Assembly: GCF_006345805.1 (NCBI RefSeq) | Contig: NC_043013.1 | Coordinates: 4,960,001-5,024,000 of the forward strand | DNA from: Octopus sinensis | Taxonomy: Eukaryota | Length of the DNA stretch: 64,000 nt | Reading direction: 5' to 3' | Part shown: one piece after another, positions 12,713-23,914 of the stretch | Position numbering within the stretch: the first letter of the stretch is position 1 | How the letters are laid out: each line of letters opens with the position of its first letter | Program-made: the position numbers and the translations under genes | The notes under the pieces: generated by a model | What the model was told of the DNA's origin: nothing | Database searches by the model: none | What the model saw: the letters and a program-made list of their open reading frames with translations, nothing else

Positions 12713-13018
12713 GCGGTGAAGTCGCATAGCTTACCAACGTAAGGTCATAAGTTCGATTTCCTGTGACGCGTTGTGTCTCTGAGCAATCTGCTTTATTTCA
12801 CATTGCTCCAGTTCACTCAGCCGGCAAAAATGAGTGGTACATTTAATTGAAAAGGGCCAACTCTGTTGCATTCTGTGTCATGCTGAGTCTCCCTGAGAAG
12901 TATGCTAAGGGTACGCGTGTCTGTGGAGTACCCAGCCACTTGCACGTTAATTTCACGAGCAGGCTGTTCCGTTGATCGGATCAACTGCAACCCTCGTCGT
13001 CGCAACCGACGGAGTGCC
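12713..13018 (+). mobile_element. SINE group C (head 2 + tail X)
   Basis: Body resembles the element at 2297; tail resembles the element at 36939. Confidence 0.75.
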
Positions 13019-13031
13019 AGTTAATGTAGAA

Positions 13032-13162
13032 CAGGCATGGACAACGTTTTTGTGAGAAGCGGGCTGCAAGAGATGTGGCCCATCATCACGCGGGCCGCAA
13101 TACTAAAAATGTTAAATGTGCCGATTCAGAAAACCCCGCGGCCTTCAGTTAACCCATGGATG
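13032..13162. mobile_element. hAT-like MITE
   Basis: CAGGCATGGACAAC ... GTTAACCCATGGATG, with a degenerate 8-bp TSD ATGTAGAA/GTGTAGAG. Confidence 0.6.
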
Positions 13163-13499
13163 GTGTAGAGGTTCGAAGTGCGTTGAGAGCACGACCCAAG
13201 TTCGATCTCTTGTTCAGTTCGTTTCACTACATTTCTTTACACCGTCGATGGAACTGGGAAAGGCATAAACATCACAACCTCCTATTTACTCAATGCTGGC
13301 GAGTACTGTAGAGTCAGCTACGATGTGTTGCGTCGGGAGTTTGGTTTTAGTTACTGCTAATGAGTATTTCGCTCTGTTTATGGAACTAATGACATTAAGA
13401 AAAGCATGAATGTCACAACATCCTTACATTTCTTTACCTGATGTCAATTTAGGTTAACTTCCCCCATTTCCATTAATAAAATGTTCTAAATGGCACAAC

Positions 13500-13985
13500 T
13501 TCCTTATACCCTTTTATCTGAAGTCAATTGGACTAATCCTGCCTCTCTTTTCATAGAACTTTCTAAAAGGCACACTCTCCTTCCACCCCTTTACAAATGG
13601 TCTAATCCTCCGTATTCACAGAACTTTCTAAACGACATATGCTCCTTACGCCCCTTTATAAATGGAATAATCCGTTTTATTAATAGAAATTTCAAAACGA
13701 CACACTTCTTTTCCACCCGTTTACAAATGGTCTAATCCTCCGTATTCACAGAACTTTCTAAACGACATATTCTCCTTACGTCCCTTTACAAATGGACTAA
13801 TCCGTTTTATTAATAGAAATTTCTAAACGACACACTCCCTTTCTACCCCTTTACAAATGGACTAATCCTCTGTATTCACAGAACTTTCTAAACATATTCT
13901 CCTTACACCCATTTACAATTGGACTAATCCACTCTGTTCATAGAACTTTCTAAACAACACATTCATCTTAACACCCCCTTTCCAA
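13500..13985. repeat. 65-bp tandem repeat organised as 130-bp dimers
   Basis: TTACAAATGG occurs at 13591, 13721 and 13851, with an alternate unit between each. Confidence 0.88.
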
Positions 13986-14175
13986 GTGGGCTTCACCTTC
14001 ATTCATAAAATTTCTGAACATCACAACTGTGTCCCACATTCCAGGATTAAATTCACTACAGTTAAACAAGCCATAATCAAACTCACCTCAGTTATTGGAT
14101 ATATTATTACAAATATATATCATATACATTCATCATATTTCATGTACACGCATACATTTCACATACTCTCATATA

Positions 14176-14687
14176 CCGTAAATCCTCGAGTATAGTCCGC
14201 CCTTGAGTATAATACGCAGGGGATTTTTAGGGGGCTGTACTTCTGAAAAACCTAAACCTTGTGTATAATACGCACCCCTTCTCTAACTTGAGTCAAGGAG
14301 GTATATATAACGTCCTTGGTTTGTAAAAATGCATACGGTAACGTCCTTTATTATTATTATATATATAACATAATGCAAACGCGTAGCTTTTTTGTGCATT
14401 TTGTTTGCAGAAAATAAAGAAATAACAGTAATAACGTTTAATAAATGTTGATTACTGCAAGTTGTGGATGATTCTTTTATGACTTCATTGCTCTCAGGCT
14501 TAGATTAAGGTATTTTCCCGCCCGACATCACAAAATGCGTCTGAATAAACATTGCCGGACAGCAAATAGAGGCTCGGACATTGCTTAGAAAATAATTTTC
14601 ATTTTTAACCTCGTATATAGTACGCACTAGGGATTTTGACCTTTAATTTTTTGGGAAAAAATGCGGATTTTACTCGAGGATTTACGG
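14176..14687. mobile_element. Tc1/mariner-superfamily MITE
   Basis: TIRs CCGTAAATCCTCGAGTATAGTCCGC / GCGGATTTTACTCGAGGATTTACGG, with TA on both sides. Confidence 0.9.
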
Positions 14688-15159
14688 TATTTCATATTTC
14701 ATACGTTTCATAAACTCATATAGTCACATATATTTCATACTTTCCATATATTTCATATACCTTTAGATATTTCATATACCACGTATATTTCGTACACCCT
14801 CATATATATTACATGTATCCACATATGTCGTGCATTCTCATAAATTTTATATATCTTCATAAATTTCATACATCCTCGCATACTTCATACAACTTCATAA
14901 AAGTTCAATTCATACGCCCTCTTATATTTTATATACCTTCATATATTTCATACACACCGTATGTCTCCTCATACATCATGCACCCTCATAATACCAGCTT
15001 CCCCTTATTTCTTTTAAAATATCAATTTTGACAGTACGAGTATACTAGTATATATATATATATATATATAAATTTCTGATATGATTACACAAACTTATCT
15101 ATTTATCTAATCATCTATATATTGATTTATCTTTATTTCTATCTAGTCATCATCTAGTG

Positions 15160-15518
15160 TTGGAGTCGCAATGGCCCAGTGGTTAGGACAGCGGACTCGC
15201 AGTCATAGGATCGCGGTTTCGATTTCCAGAGCGGGCGTTGTGAGTGATTATTGAGCGAAAACACTTAAAAGCTTCACGAATCCCCGGCAGGGGTGGGTGG
15301 TGGCGAACCCTGCTGTACTCTTTCACCACAACTTTCTCTTCTTGTTGTACCTGTATTTCAAAGGGCCAGCCTTGTCACACTCTGTGTCACTCTGGATCTC
15401 CCCGAGAACTGCATTAAGGGTACACGTGTCTGTGGAGTGCTCATATTAATTTCACGAGCAGGCTGTTTCCGTTGATCGAATCAACTGGAACCCTCGTCGT
15501 CGCAACCGACGGAGTGCC
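15160..15518 (+). mobile_element. SINE group C (head 1 + tail X)
   Basis: Homology to 36939-37320, with small internal deletions. Confidence 0.88.
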
Positions 15519-15738
15519 ATAGTAATTCTTCTTATCAATACATTTATACACCCATCCAACTCTCTCTCTCTCATAACCATTTAAATAGGTTAATACTAGC
15601 TTAACTATTGAAATAGCTCAACTTAAAACTCTATTCATGCAGTTCTTTTGTTAATATATTTATTTACTGTGTCATTCAAAACGCTTCCATTTTTATCTCC
15701 TTCTTAACAAAAACATCCAACCATTTCTTCTATACCAT

Positions 15739-15945
15739 ACGAGAGGGTGTCGGAAGGTCCTTGGCTTTAAGACGTTGTGAAAAGCCGGGATGGAGATCCA
15801 ACCTTCCGAGTTCTTTTACAGGGCCTAGAAAATCTGCAATAAGTGTGAGAATCTGAGAAGGGAATATGCTGGATAAAATCGTAATCAACTGATCCTCCTG
15901 TATTTTCTTTTACTCAAAGTCAGGGACTTGTCGGCACCCCTTCTA
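15739..15945 (+). mobile_element. Mariner-derived MITE of about 205 bp
   Basis: Inverted ends GGGTGTCGGAAGGTCCTTGGCTTT / AAAGTCAGGGACTTGTCGGCACCC. It retains the transposase C-terminal codons. A second copy lies at 21553-21769. Confidence 0.7.
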
Positions 15946-16164
15946 TTTTCCAGAGATTCATTCTCAATGACAGGAGGTAATGGAAGTCATTTTACCTATC
16001 TCTCGTATGATGTTCTTAGTATTTAAGCTTTCTTAAACATTTATGACTAGCAATATTGATAATCTAATATCTATGAACACAGCGGAAATATTTATTAATA
16101 GTGTAATTTTCGAAGTCTAAAATAAAAATCATTATAATAATTCTTCTCGAAATTATCAATTACT

Positions 16165-16564
16165 GGATCTTTTCGGTTTGAACGGCAGTTTTTTCTAGCG
16201 GTGTCATATGAAATTGTCACCCATAATTATGACCCTAGTATCGATCTATTGCATTTCAATCTGTTTTAGGGTTAGGGGTATCTTTTTTTCTTCACAAATG
16301 TAAATAAACCCAATCTGTTTCTTAAACGAGGGACATATTCATACGGCACAGAATGCTTTTTTAACTCAATAGACGTCACTGATTGGTTGAAATGCAGAAA
16401 TTGAAGAAAAAAAACAACCAATATCTTACAAACTATAGAATTTTCTCAATAAAGCCAAGAGAAAAAGATGTTTTATAAACACATTCTACCAGTATACGAA
16501 GTTTAAAATTTTTTAGTTACGTAGAAATTATTTTTAAAAAGTGCCGTTCAAACCGAAAAGATCC
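16165..16564. mobile_element. MITE with GGATCTTTTCGGTTTGAACGGCA TIRs (Merlin-like by GG ends and 8-bp TSD of its sibling)
   Basis: 23-bp perfect TIR core. A near-identical copy lies at 41388-41795. Confidence 0.88.
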
Positions 16565-17107
16565 GAAATATTTACTAATAGTGTATTTTTTGAAGTCTAA
16601 AATAAAAATCATTATAATAATTCTACTCGAAATTATCAATTACTTCTAGGAAAATCTAATGTAATTTTAGAATCTATCATTTTTGAGGAATACCTATATA
16701 CTAGAATGCCCGTATCGTCAAAATGCCGACAGTTTTACTAATGATAGAAAGTGGAGCATCAAAAGTGTAGGAGAAACTATTGATAAATCTCAGCAATCCG
16801 AGCAAATATATGCACATACACAATATCGAAGAATTTGAACAATTAGATATAGTTGTAACGTTTCGGTTGAAAATATTATCGTCCACATAATATGAAAGAT
16901 GTGGATTTCCATGCTCTTATGGATCAGATGGATTTTGTATTGCTGGATGCCCTTCCTGTCGCCAAGTCTCGTATTTTCCAAGGAAGGTAATATTTTACCA
17001 TGCCCAGACATGTTTTTATGGAAGATTGGAAACAAAGGACACCGATTGCATGGCAGTGACACGTACAACTATCACGTGATATCACGGCAAGGAGACAATA
17101 AAATAAA

Positions 17108-17153
<46 letters not shown>

Positions 17154-17293
17154 GAAGGGCTTATTTCAGTTATCTTCCAAATTCACTCTTAAGGCTTTGG
17201 TCTGCCCTGGCCTATAGTAGAAGATACTTACCCATGATGCTTATTAACGCCTGCGTACTTATGCTTATGTGTGTCTATATATATATATATATA

Positions 17294-17402
<109 letters not shown>

Positions 17403-17432
17403 ATATATATATAATATATGTATATTATATAT

Positions 17433-17700
17433 ACAGGTACAGGAGGAAACTTATAAATATACCATTCTGCTCAAATAATGGAACTACGGATACAATATCC
17501 TTAGGTATCTCACGTCTGTTTTTTCCTTCCTCCATTTCACTCTGTATTTAATATCTTCCTCTATAAATACTATTGCTTGACCATTTTCTCGCACCGTCTC
17601 TGATGAAGGGATATATAAAATATCCCGGAAACAGCTGTAAGACCTCTTTATAAATGTTTTGAAATTTTTCAGAGCCTTGGATTTTTATCTCATTCTGTTA
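17433..17700 (+). mobile_element. (TA)n-embedded short element carrying a hammerhead ribozyme
   Basis: About 270 bp of unique sequence flanked by (TA)n on both sides. Confidence 0.65.
17596..17643 (+). ncRNA. Minimal type-I hammerhead ribozyme motif
   Basis: GTCT | CTGATGA | A GGGATAT-ATAAA-ATATCCC G | GAAA | CAGCTG | TA | AGAC: intact core, 4-bp stem I, 7-bp stem II, palindromic stem III, GUA site. Confidence 0.78.
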
Positions 17701-17894
17701 ATTATATATATATATATATATTATATATATATCTATATTATATATATATATATATAGAATATATATATATATACTCATATATACACATCCATACTTTTAT
17801 GTACCTCTATGTACCGCATAAATGCATTGTGTGTGTGCGTGTGCGTGTATATATGTGTGTGTGCGCGCGCGTGTTTGTGTATGCGTGGTACACA

Positions 17895-18819
17895 CTCACA
17901 GAGACCAGTAATCCGATTTCTCTGGCCTGAAGGAGTGTCAGGGGTTGAAAAATCATCGCAGGCTTTCAATTCAAAACGGTAACAGCGCTGCACCGCGTGG
18001 AAGTGTATATGAGTGGTTCGAGAAATTTAAAAATGGCCGGACCCAGCGTGAAACATGAAGAGGAAACAGGATGCTCGTCAGCCTCCATTACTAATGTGAC
18101 GATTCAACAATCTCGAGACGTGGTTCTGGCGAACCGTCTAGTAACTATCTGCGGAGCGGCATGTACTCTGCAAATTAGTCACGTTTCTGCAGGTGAAATC
18201 ATCCACAACAAGCTTCGCTTCCGTAAAATTTGTGCGAGATGAATGCCAAGAGAGCTTAAGGGATCGCATTAGGGCAATCGCGTGGAGATCTGTTAACGCT
18301 TACTCGGTTGCTACAACGATGAATGCGAAACTTTTTTGGAGTGAATAGTCACAGGAGATGAGACCTGGGTCCATCGCTTTCAACTGGAATCAAAAGATCA
18401 CATATGGACTGGAAACACCTTGAATCGCCTGTGAAAAAGAAATTCGAAACTAAACCTTCCTCAGAAAAATGATGCAAACAATTTTAGGGACACAAAAGGG
18501 CCTGTACTGCCTGGAAATGGAGTCTACGGTCTCGCCAGCATAGGCTATAGTGAAATGCTGGCCAAGAAATTGAAGCCAGCAATTTGTACTCAACGCTGAA
18601 ATCTATTGTCAAATCAAGTGTTATTTTTGGACGACAATGCACGCTCACATACGGCCACCCAAACCGTTGAAGCCATTGGGAAACTGGGTTTCGAGTTAAT
18701 GGAACACACTGCATACAGTCAAGATCATGCCCCACCCGGCTACTACCACTTTGGACCATTCGAATATACTTTACGAAGTCGTCGATTTACTTCGGACGAA
18801 GAAGAGGAGGAAGCGGTGC

Positions 18820-18822
<3 letters not shown>
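17895..18822 (+). pseudogene. Decayed mariner transposase
   Basis: VYEWFEKFKNGRTSV, IVTGDETWVH, LFLDDNARSHTA and AYSQDHAPPGYYHFGP (YSPDLAP-like), with stops and frameshifts. Confidence 0.9.
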
Positions 18823-18892
<70 letters not shown>

Positions 18893-18917
18893 ATATATAT
18901 ATATATATATATATATA

Positions 18918-19142
18918 TTCCGTCCTTGTTTTCGCATACATTCACTTCTTTCTTCCTAGGAATCTAATGCCCTTAGCTTAGTTTTTCCTTGGGGCTGGCC
19001 AGATTGGAGCAATCTCGAGTATAACCAGCCGAAATTGCAGAGAAAATTTGGAACTCGACTGAGGAAAGAAAATTCCGAATGACCCGTCCTTGTTTTCTTT
19101 GTATCATCTGTCTGGATGTTTTGTGTTCTTGTCCCATTTTTG
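18918..19142 (+). mobile_element. (TA)n-embedded short repeat with split hammerhead-like blocks
   Basis: Homologous to 30950-31100; both have CAGCCGAAAT...GACTGA(G/A)GA...CGAATGACCCGTC. Confidence 0.55.
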
Positions 19143-19379
19143 TATGTATGTATATATATACACACAATATATATATATATATATATATATAGTATTCAGT
19201 TTCATTTTGATTAGACTACCAACAGCTCTAGAGCGGAACCTCTCACTGCAGCTCACCTCCATTTAGTGTCTCTGACCTTCACTCATTCCCACTCTGTTAT
19301 TTTGGTCCTACCTTCCAGCGTGACCGATGGGTGCAGCACATTGTGTTGTATTGTATGCAAGATATATGTCATATATATT

Positions 19380-19432
<53 letters not shown>

Positions 19433-19774
19433 TCTCTCTCCCTCTCACTCACTCACAGTATATGTGGTATACTTCTTTAAGTCTATTTGTTGTTTTGATA
19501 TTTACTTTTCATTCGTAAGCGTAAGCCGTCGTGTTGTCAGATTCGTTACCGACCCGGACAAAATGATTATCGGCATTTAGTCCGTCTTTACGGTTTGAGT
19601 TCGAATTCCGCTGAGGTCGAGTTATGCTTTCGAGGATCAATAAAGTAAGCACCAGCTGCTTTACCCCATCCCCGGAAATAAATCTCAAGCGGTAAAAGTT
19701 TTATTTATCTATATACATACACACACATACATACATATGTGTGCGTGTGTGTGTATGTGTTTATTTATATATAT

Positions 19775-19847
<73 letters not shown>

Positions 19848-19849
<2 letters not shown>

Positions 19850-20186
19850 TAAATTCTTCCATGGGTGTGAGTAAGTATCTCATTTATTGCTTTGCCACAT
19901 TTATCACTGACGAGGGAGGGTTCTCACAAACTAACCCTGAAATCGGTCCGATATGGTAATAATGGAATATTTTAGAAATTTCTGTCGGCTTTCTTCAAGT
20001 AGCGTGCGTATTGTAAAAAATTATAAGGTAATGGACAATATGTTCAATTTTCGGCATATTTGGCATTAGAAAATTTTTCGTTTGCCCTTATTTATAAGTT
20101 GTTTATAATTTTAACCTTTAAAGGTATTTTTTAATATGCTGGGTATTGATAAAATTTTTTTCGAGAAAAATTTTATCCTACATTAA
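19848..20186 (+). mobile_element. (TA)n-embedded short element carrying a hammerhead ribozyme
   Basis: About 340 bp of unique sequence between TA tracts. Confidence 0.6.
19901..19959 (+). ncRNA. Type-I hammerhead ribozyme motif
   Basis: TTATCA | CTGACGA | GGG AGGGTT..AACCCT | GAAA | TCGG-T-CCGA | TA | TGGTAA: intact core, 6-bp stem I with one G-U pair. Confidence 0.7.
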
Positions 20187-20192
20187 ATATAT

Positions 20193-20494
20193 ATATATAT
20201 GTTTGTTCCTTCTCGAGCCATACCTGGTTCATAAGGGCCGTTTTCCCGGTTTCCTTGGCGTATAGGTTCCCCACCTGGACGGAACGCCGATCCGTTGCAG
20301 GTGAGCTGCAAGAGGAAAGAGTGAGAGAAAGTTGTGGCGAAAGAGTGAGCAGAGGTTCGCCATTACCTTCTGCCGGAGCCGCGTGGAGCTTAGATGTTTC
20401 GCTCATAAACAAACACATCGCCCGGTCTGAGATTCGAACACGCGATCCTTCGACTGCGAGACCGCTGCGCTAACCACTAAGCCATGTGCCTCCA
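20193..20494 (-). mobile_element. SINE group C (head 1 + tail Y)
   Basis: Head resembles the element at 36939; tail resembles the element at 2297. Confidence 0.8.
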
Positions 20495-20637
20495 CACACA
20501 CACACACACACACACACCACACACATATATATAAATCGAAGGTAAAACAGAGAAAACACAACAAACAGAAACCGTCAAAGCACAACAACGGCAAACAGGA
20601 CAAAACAAGATACACGTATCATTCGCAGCCAATTGGT

Positions 20638-20975
20638 GGCACTCCGTCGGTTACGACGACCTGAGTTCCAGTTGATCCGATCAGCGGAACAGCCTGCTCG
20701 TGAAATTAACGTGCAAGTGGTTGAGCACTCCACAGACACGCGTAGCTAATGTAGTTCTTCGGGAGATTCAGCGTGATACAGAGTGTGACAAGGCTGGCCC
20801 TTTGAAATACAGGTACAACAGAAACAGGAAGAAAGAGTGAGAGAAAGTTGTGATGAAAGGGTACAGCAGGGTTCCCCACCACTGCTGGAGCCTTGTGGAG
20901 CTTTTGGTGTTTTCGCTCAATAAACACTTACAACGCGTATTCGCTGCCCTAAACACCGAGCCATTGCACCTCCAC
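20638..20975 (-). mobile_element. SINE group C (head 1 + tail X)
   Basis: Homology to 36939-37320. Confidence 0.85.
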
Positions 20976-21123
20976 ACACCCAAAAAATACCTGAACATAA
21001 GAGATTAAGCCAAAAAAATTTAAAGAAATAAAAAAGTTTTACGGAAATGGCCAAATAAATAATTTCAGTGTTGATACACAATCTCCGAAAAATAGGCACA
21101 GACACACACCACACACACATACA

Positions 21124-21196
<73 letters not shown>

Positions 21197-21455
21197 TATA
21201 TATATTATATATATATACATATATTACATATACATATATAATTATATACCATATACATATATACATATACATATATACATATATACATACATATTATATA
21301 TACATACATATATATATACATACATATATATATACATACATATATATATATACATACATATATATATACATACATATATATTATATACATACATACATAT
21401 ATCTATATCTATCTATATATCATATATATCTATATCTATCTATATATATATTTAT

Positions 21456-21507
<52 letters not shown>

Positions 21508-21552
21508 TATATAGATAGTATAGATATATAGATAGATATAGATATATGTATT

Positions 21553-21769
21553 ATAAGAGGAGGCGCTGAAAGTTCATGGCTTTTAGGGTTTCGTGAAAGG
21601 CCTAGTTGGTAGCCCCACCTTTTGAGTTCTTTCATAGGGATTAGAAAACGGAAGCACCGGTGCTATAAGTGTGTGAATCTGAGAGGGGAATATGTTGAAT
21701 AAAATCATTATTAATTGATCCACCCGTATTTTCTTTTACCCAACGCCAGAAGCTTTTCGGCATCCCCTA
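21553..21769 (+). mobile_element. Mariner-derived MITE, second copy
   Basis: Homologous to 15739-15945, with inverted ends. Confidence 0.7.
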
Positions 21770-21816
21770 AACACACACACACAACACCCATTGATATATC
21801 ATGTATAATATATATA

Positions 21817-21861
<45 letters not shown>

Positions 21862-22256
21862 GCATACACATGTATGTATATTGTCAACGAACATAAAAAT
21901 ATTAACACTAAAAGCACGACCTACGCACGAAATCCAAAATATGAAATTAACCATAACACTGTTTACATTAGCAGTTAAAACACCTGGTGGAATTAGAATT
22001 TCTTACCTGTCTGATTGAATGCAGAACACAAGCACGTGTATTGGTTTTGGTCTTCGATGGTGATGCCACCATAAATACCGTTGGTGCCATCAACTTACTG
22101 AGAGGCAGTCCAATGCTACTTCCGATGCAACACATTGGTAAAATCGCAAACGTGACGGAAATCGACTCGTAGAGAGAGGTAGCTATATACCTGTCTGTCT
22201 GTCTATATTATATATACATATATATCTATATCTACCTGTGTGTGTATATATACACA

Positions 22257-22475
22257 GGTGAGCTGGCAGAATCGTTAGCACGCAGGGCGAAATGTGAGCC
22301 GTATTCCGTCTGCTGTCACGTGTTCTGGGTTCAAATTCCGCCGAGGTCGACTTTGCCTTTCATCCTTTCGGGGTCAATAAATTAAGTACCAGTTACGCAC
22401 TGGGGTCGATATAATCGACTTAATCCCTTTGTTTGTCCCCTCTATGTTTAGCCCCTTGTGGGTAGTAAAGAAATA
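22257..22475 (+). mobile_element. SINE group A monomer with TSD
   Basis: tRNA-like head with B-box GGTTCAAATTCC. TATATACACAGGTGA is duplicated on both sides. Confidence 0.88.
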
Positions 22476-22750
22476 TATATATACACAGGTGATATATATT
22501 ATAGATATAAGGTAAAAAATTATTAATTTAATAATTAATAAATTTTACCAAGTAGCTTCGGTATGGAAAAACCATCATCGGTAAAAACTTATACAAAAAG
22601 TTTATTTTATAATTATAAGCATAATTAAGGGATTAGCAAGAAGTTGCTTCACCACATACCGAAAATTTAGAAATAGCAGTCAAAACAGCTAATTCTGCAC
22701 AGGTAATATATATATATATCTGTCTGTCTACCTATCTCTCCCTCTCCCAT

Positions 22751-22785
<35 letters not shown>

Positions 22786-22995
22786 TAACCGTGTTATCTA
22801 TATGGTGTTGTTTAGACCCAGGTCAAGTCTTATCGAGATGGCCTACGATCAAAGGCATTCCGGCTGTGACCATCCCTTACCCAACGTGTACTAGGGTGTG
22901 ATTTAAAACTAACCTCCTACTTTTTTGCCGGTCGGTCGACTATTTAAAGAATTGCCCTCGTTAACCTAATCTATCCATCCATCCATCTATCTATC

Positions 22996-23057
<62 letters not shown>

Positions 23058-23318
23058 ATTATCTCTCTAAATATATATCTGTATATATAAAACGTATGTG
23101 TGAACTCGTGTCTGTGGGTATGTGGGTGCGGTTCTATAATGTTAAAGCTAAAACTACAATGGTTGGTTTCAATCTAGGGAAGCAAGATGATGAAGGGGCC
23201 TTGCTCCAGGCCAACACGAACTTTGGTTTTTGTTGTTGCTATTTTTGTCGTTGTAACTTTCCTCTCTTTCTGTCTGTCTATGTGTCTGTCTGTGTCTGTC
23301 TGTGTGCATGTCTGTCCG

Positions 23319-23363
<45 letters not shown>

Positions 23364-23871
23364 TACTTTACCTATGTACCCTCTTACGTACCCCACCCCT
23401 TGCTGAGTCAGGTGAAAGTTTTCGTCGTACTTTGAGAGGTCACAGCAATCTTAGATGTTGTTGCTGTTGTTGTTTTAGAGATAAAGATATCACACAAGGA
23501 GGGACAGATGTGGAGAGGGAGACAGCGAGGAAGAGAGAGGGACAGCGAATGAATGACAGAGAGGGGGAGAGAGAGAAAGAGATCGAGAGCGAGAGCGAGG
23601 AAGACACACATACATATATACACACACACACATACACACACGCACAAATACATAATGAATGAGAGAGAGAGGGTGGGGAGTAGAGAGAGAGAGAGAGCAA
23701 AAGAGTGAAAGAGAGAGAGAAAGATAGAGAGAGTCAGAAAATGAATAAGAGACAACGAAAGAGAAAGAGAGAGGAAGCGATAGAAAGAGGGAAAGGCGGA
23801 GGGAGAGAGTGAAGAACACACACACAAACACAATGAATGAAAGAGAGGTGTAGAGAGAGTCAGTCAATAAA

Positions 23872-23914
<43 letters not shown>

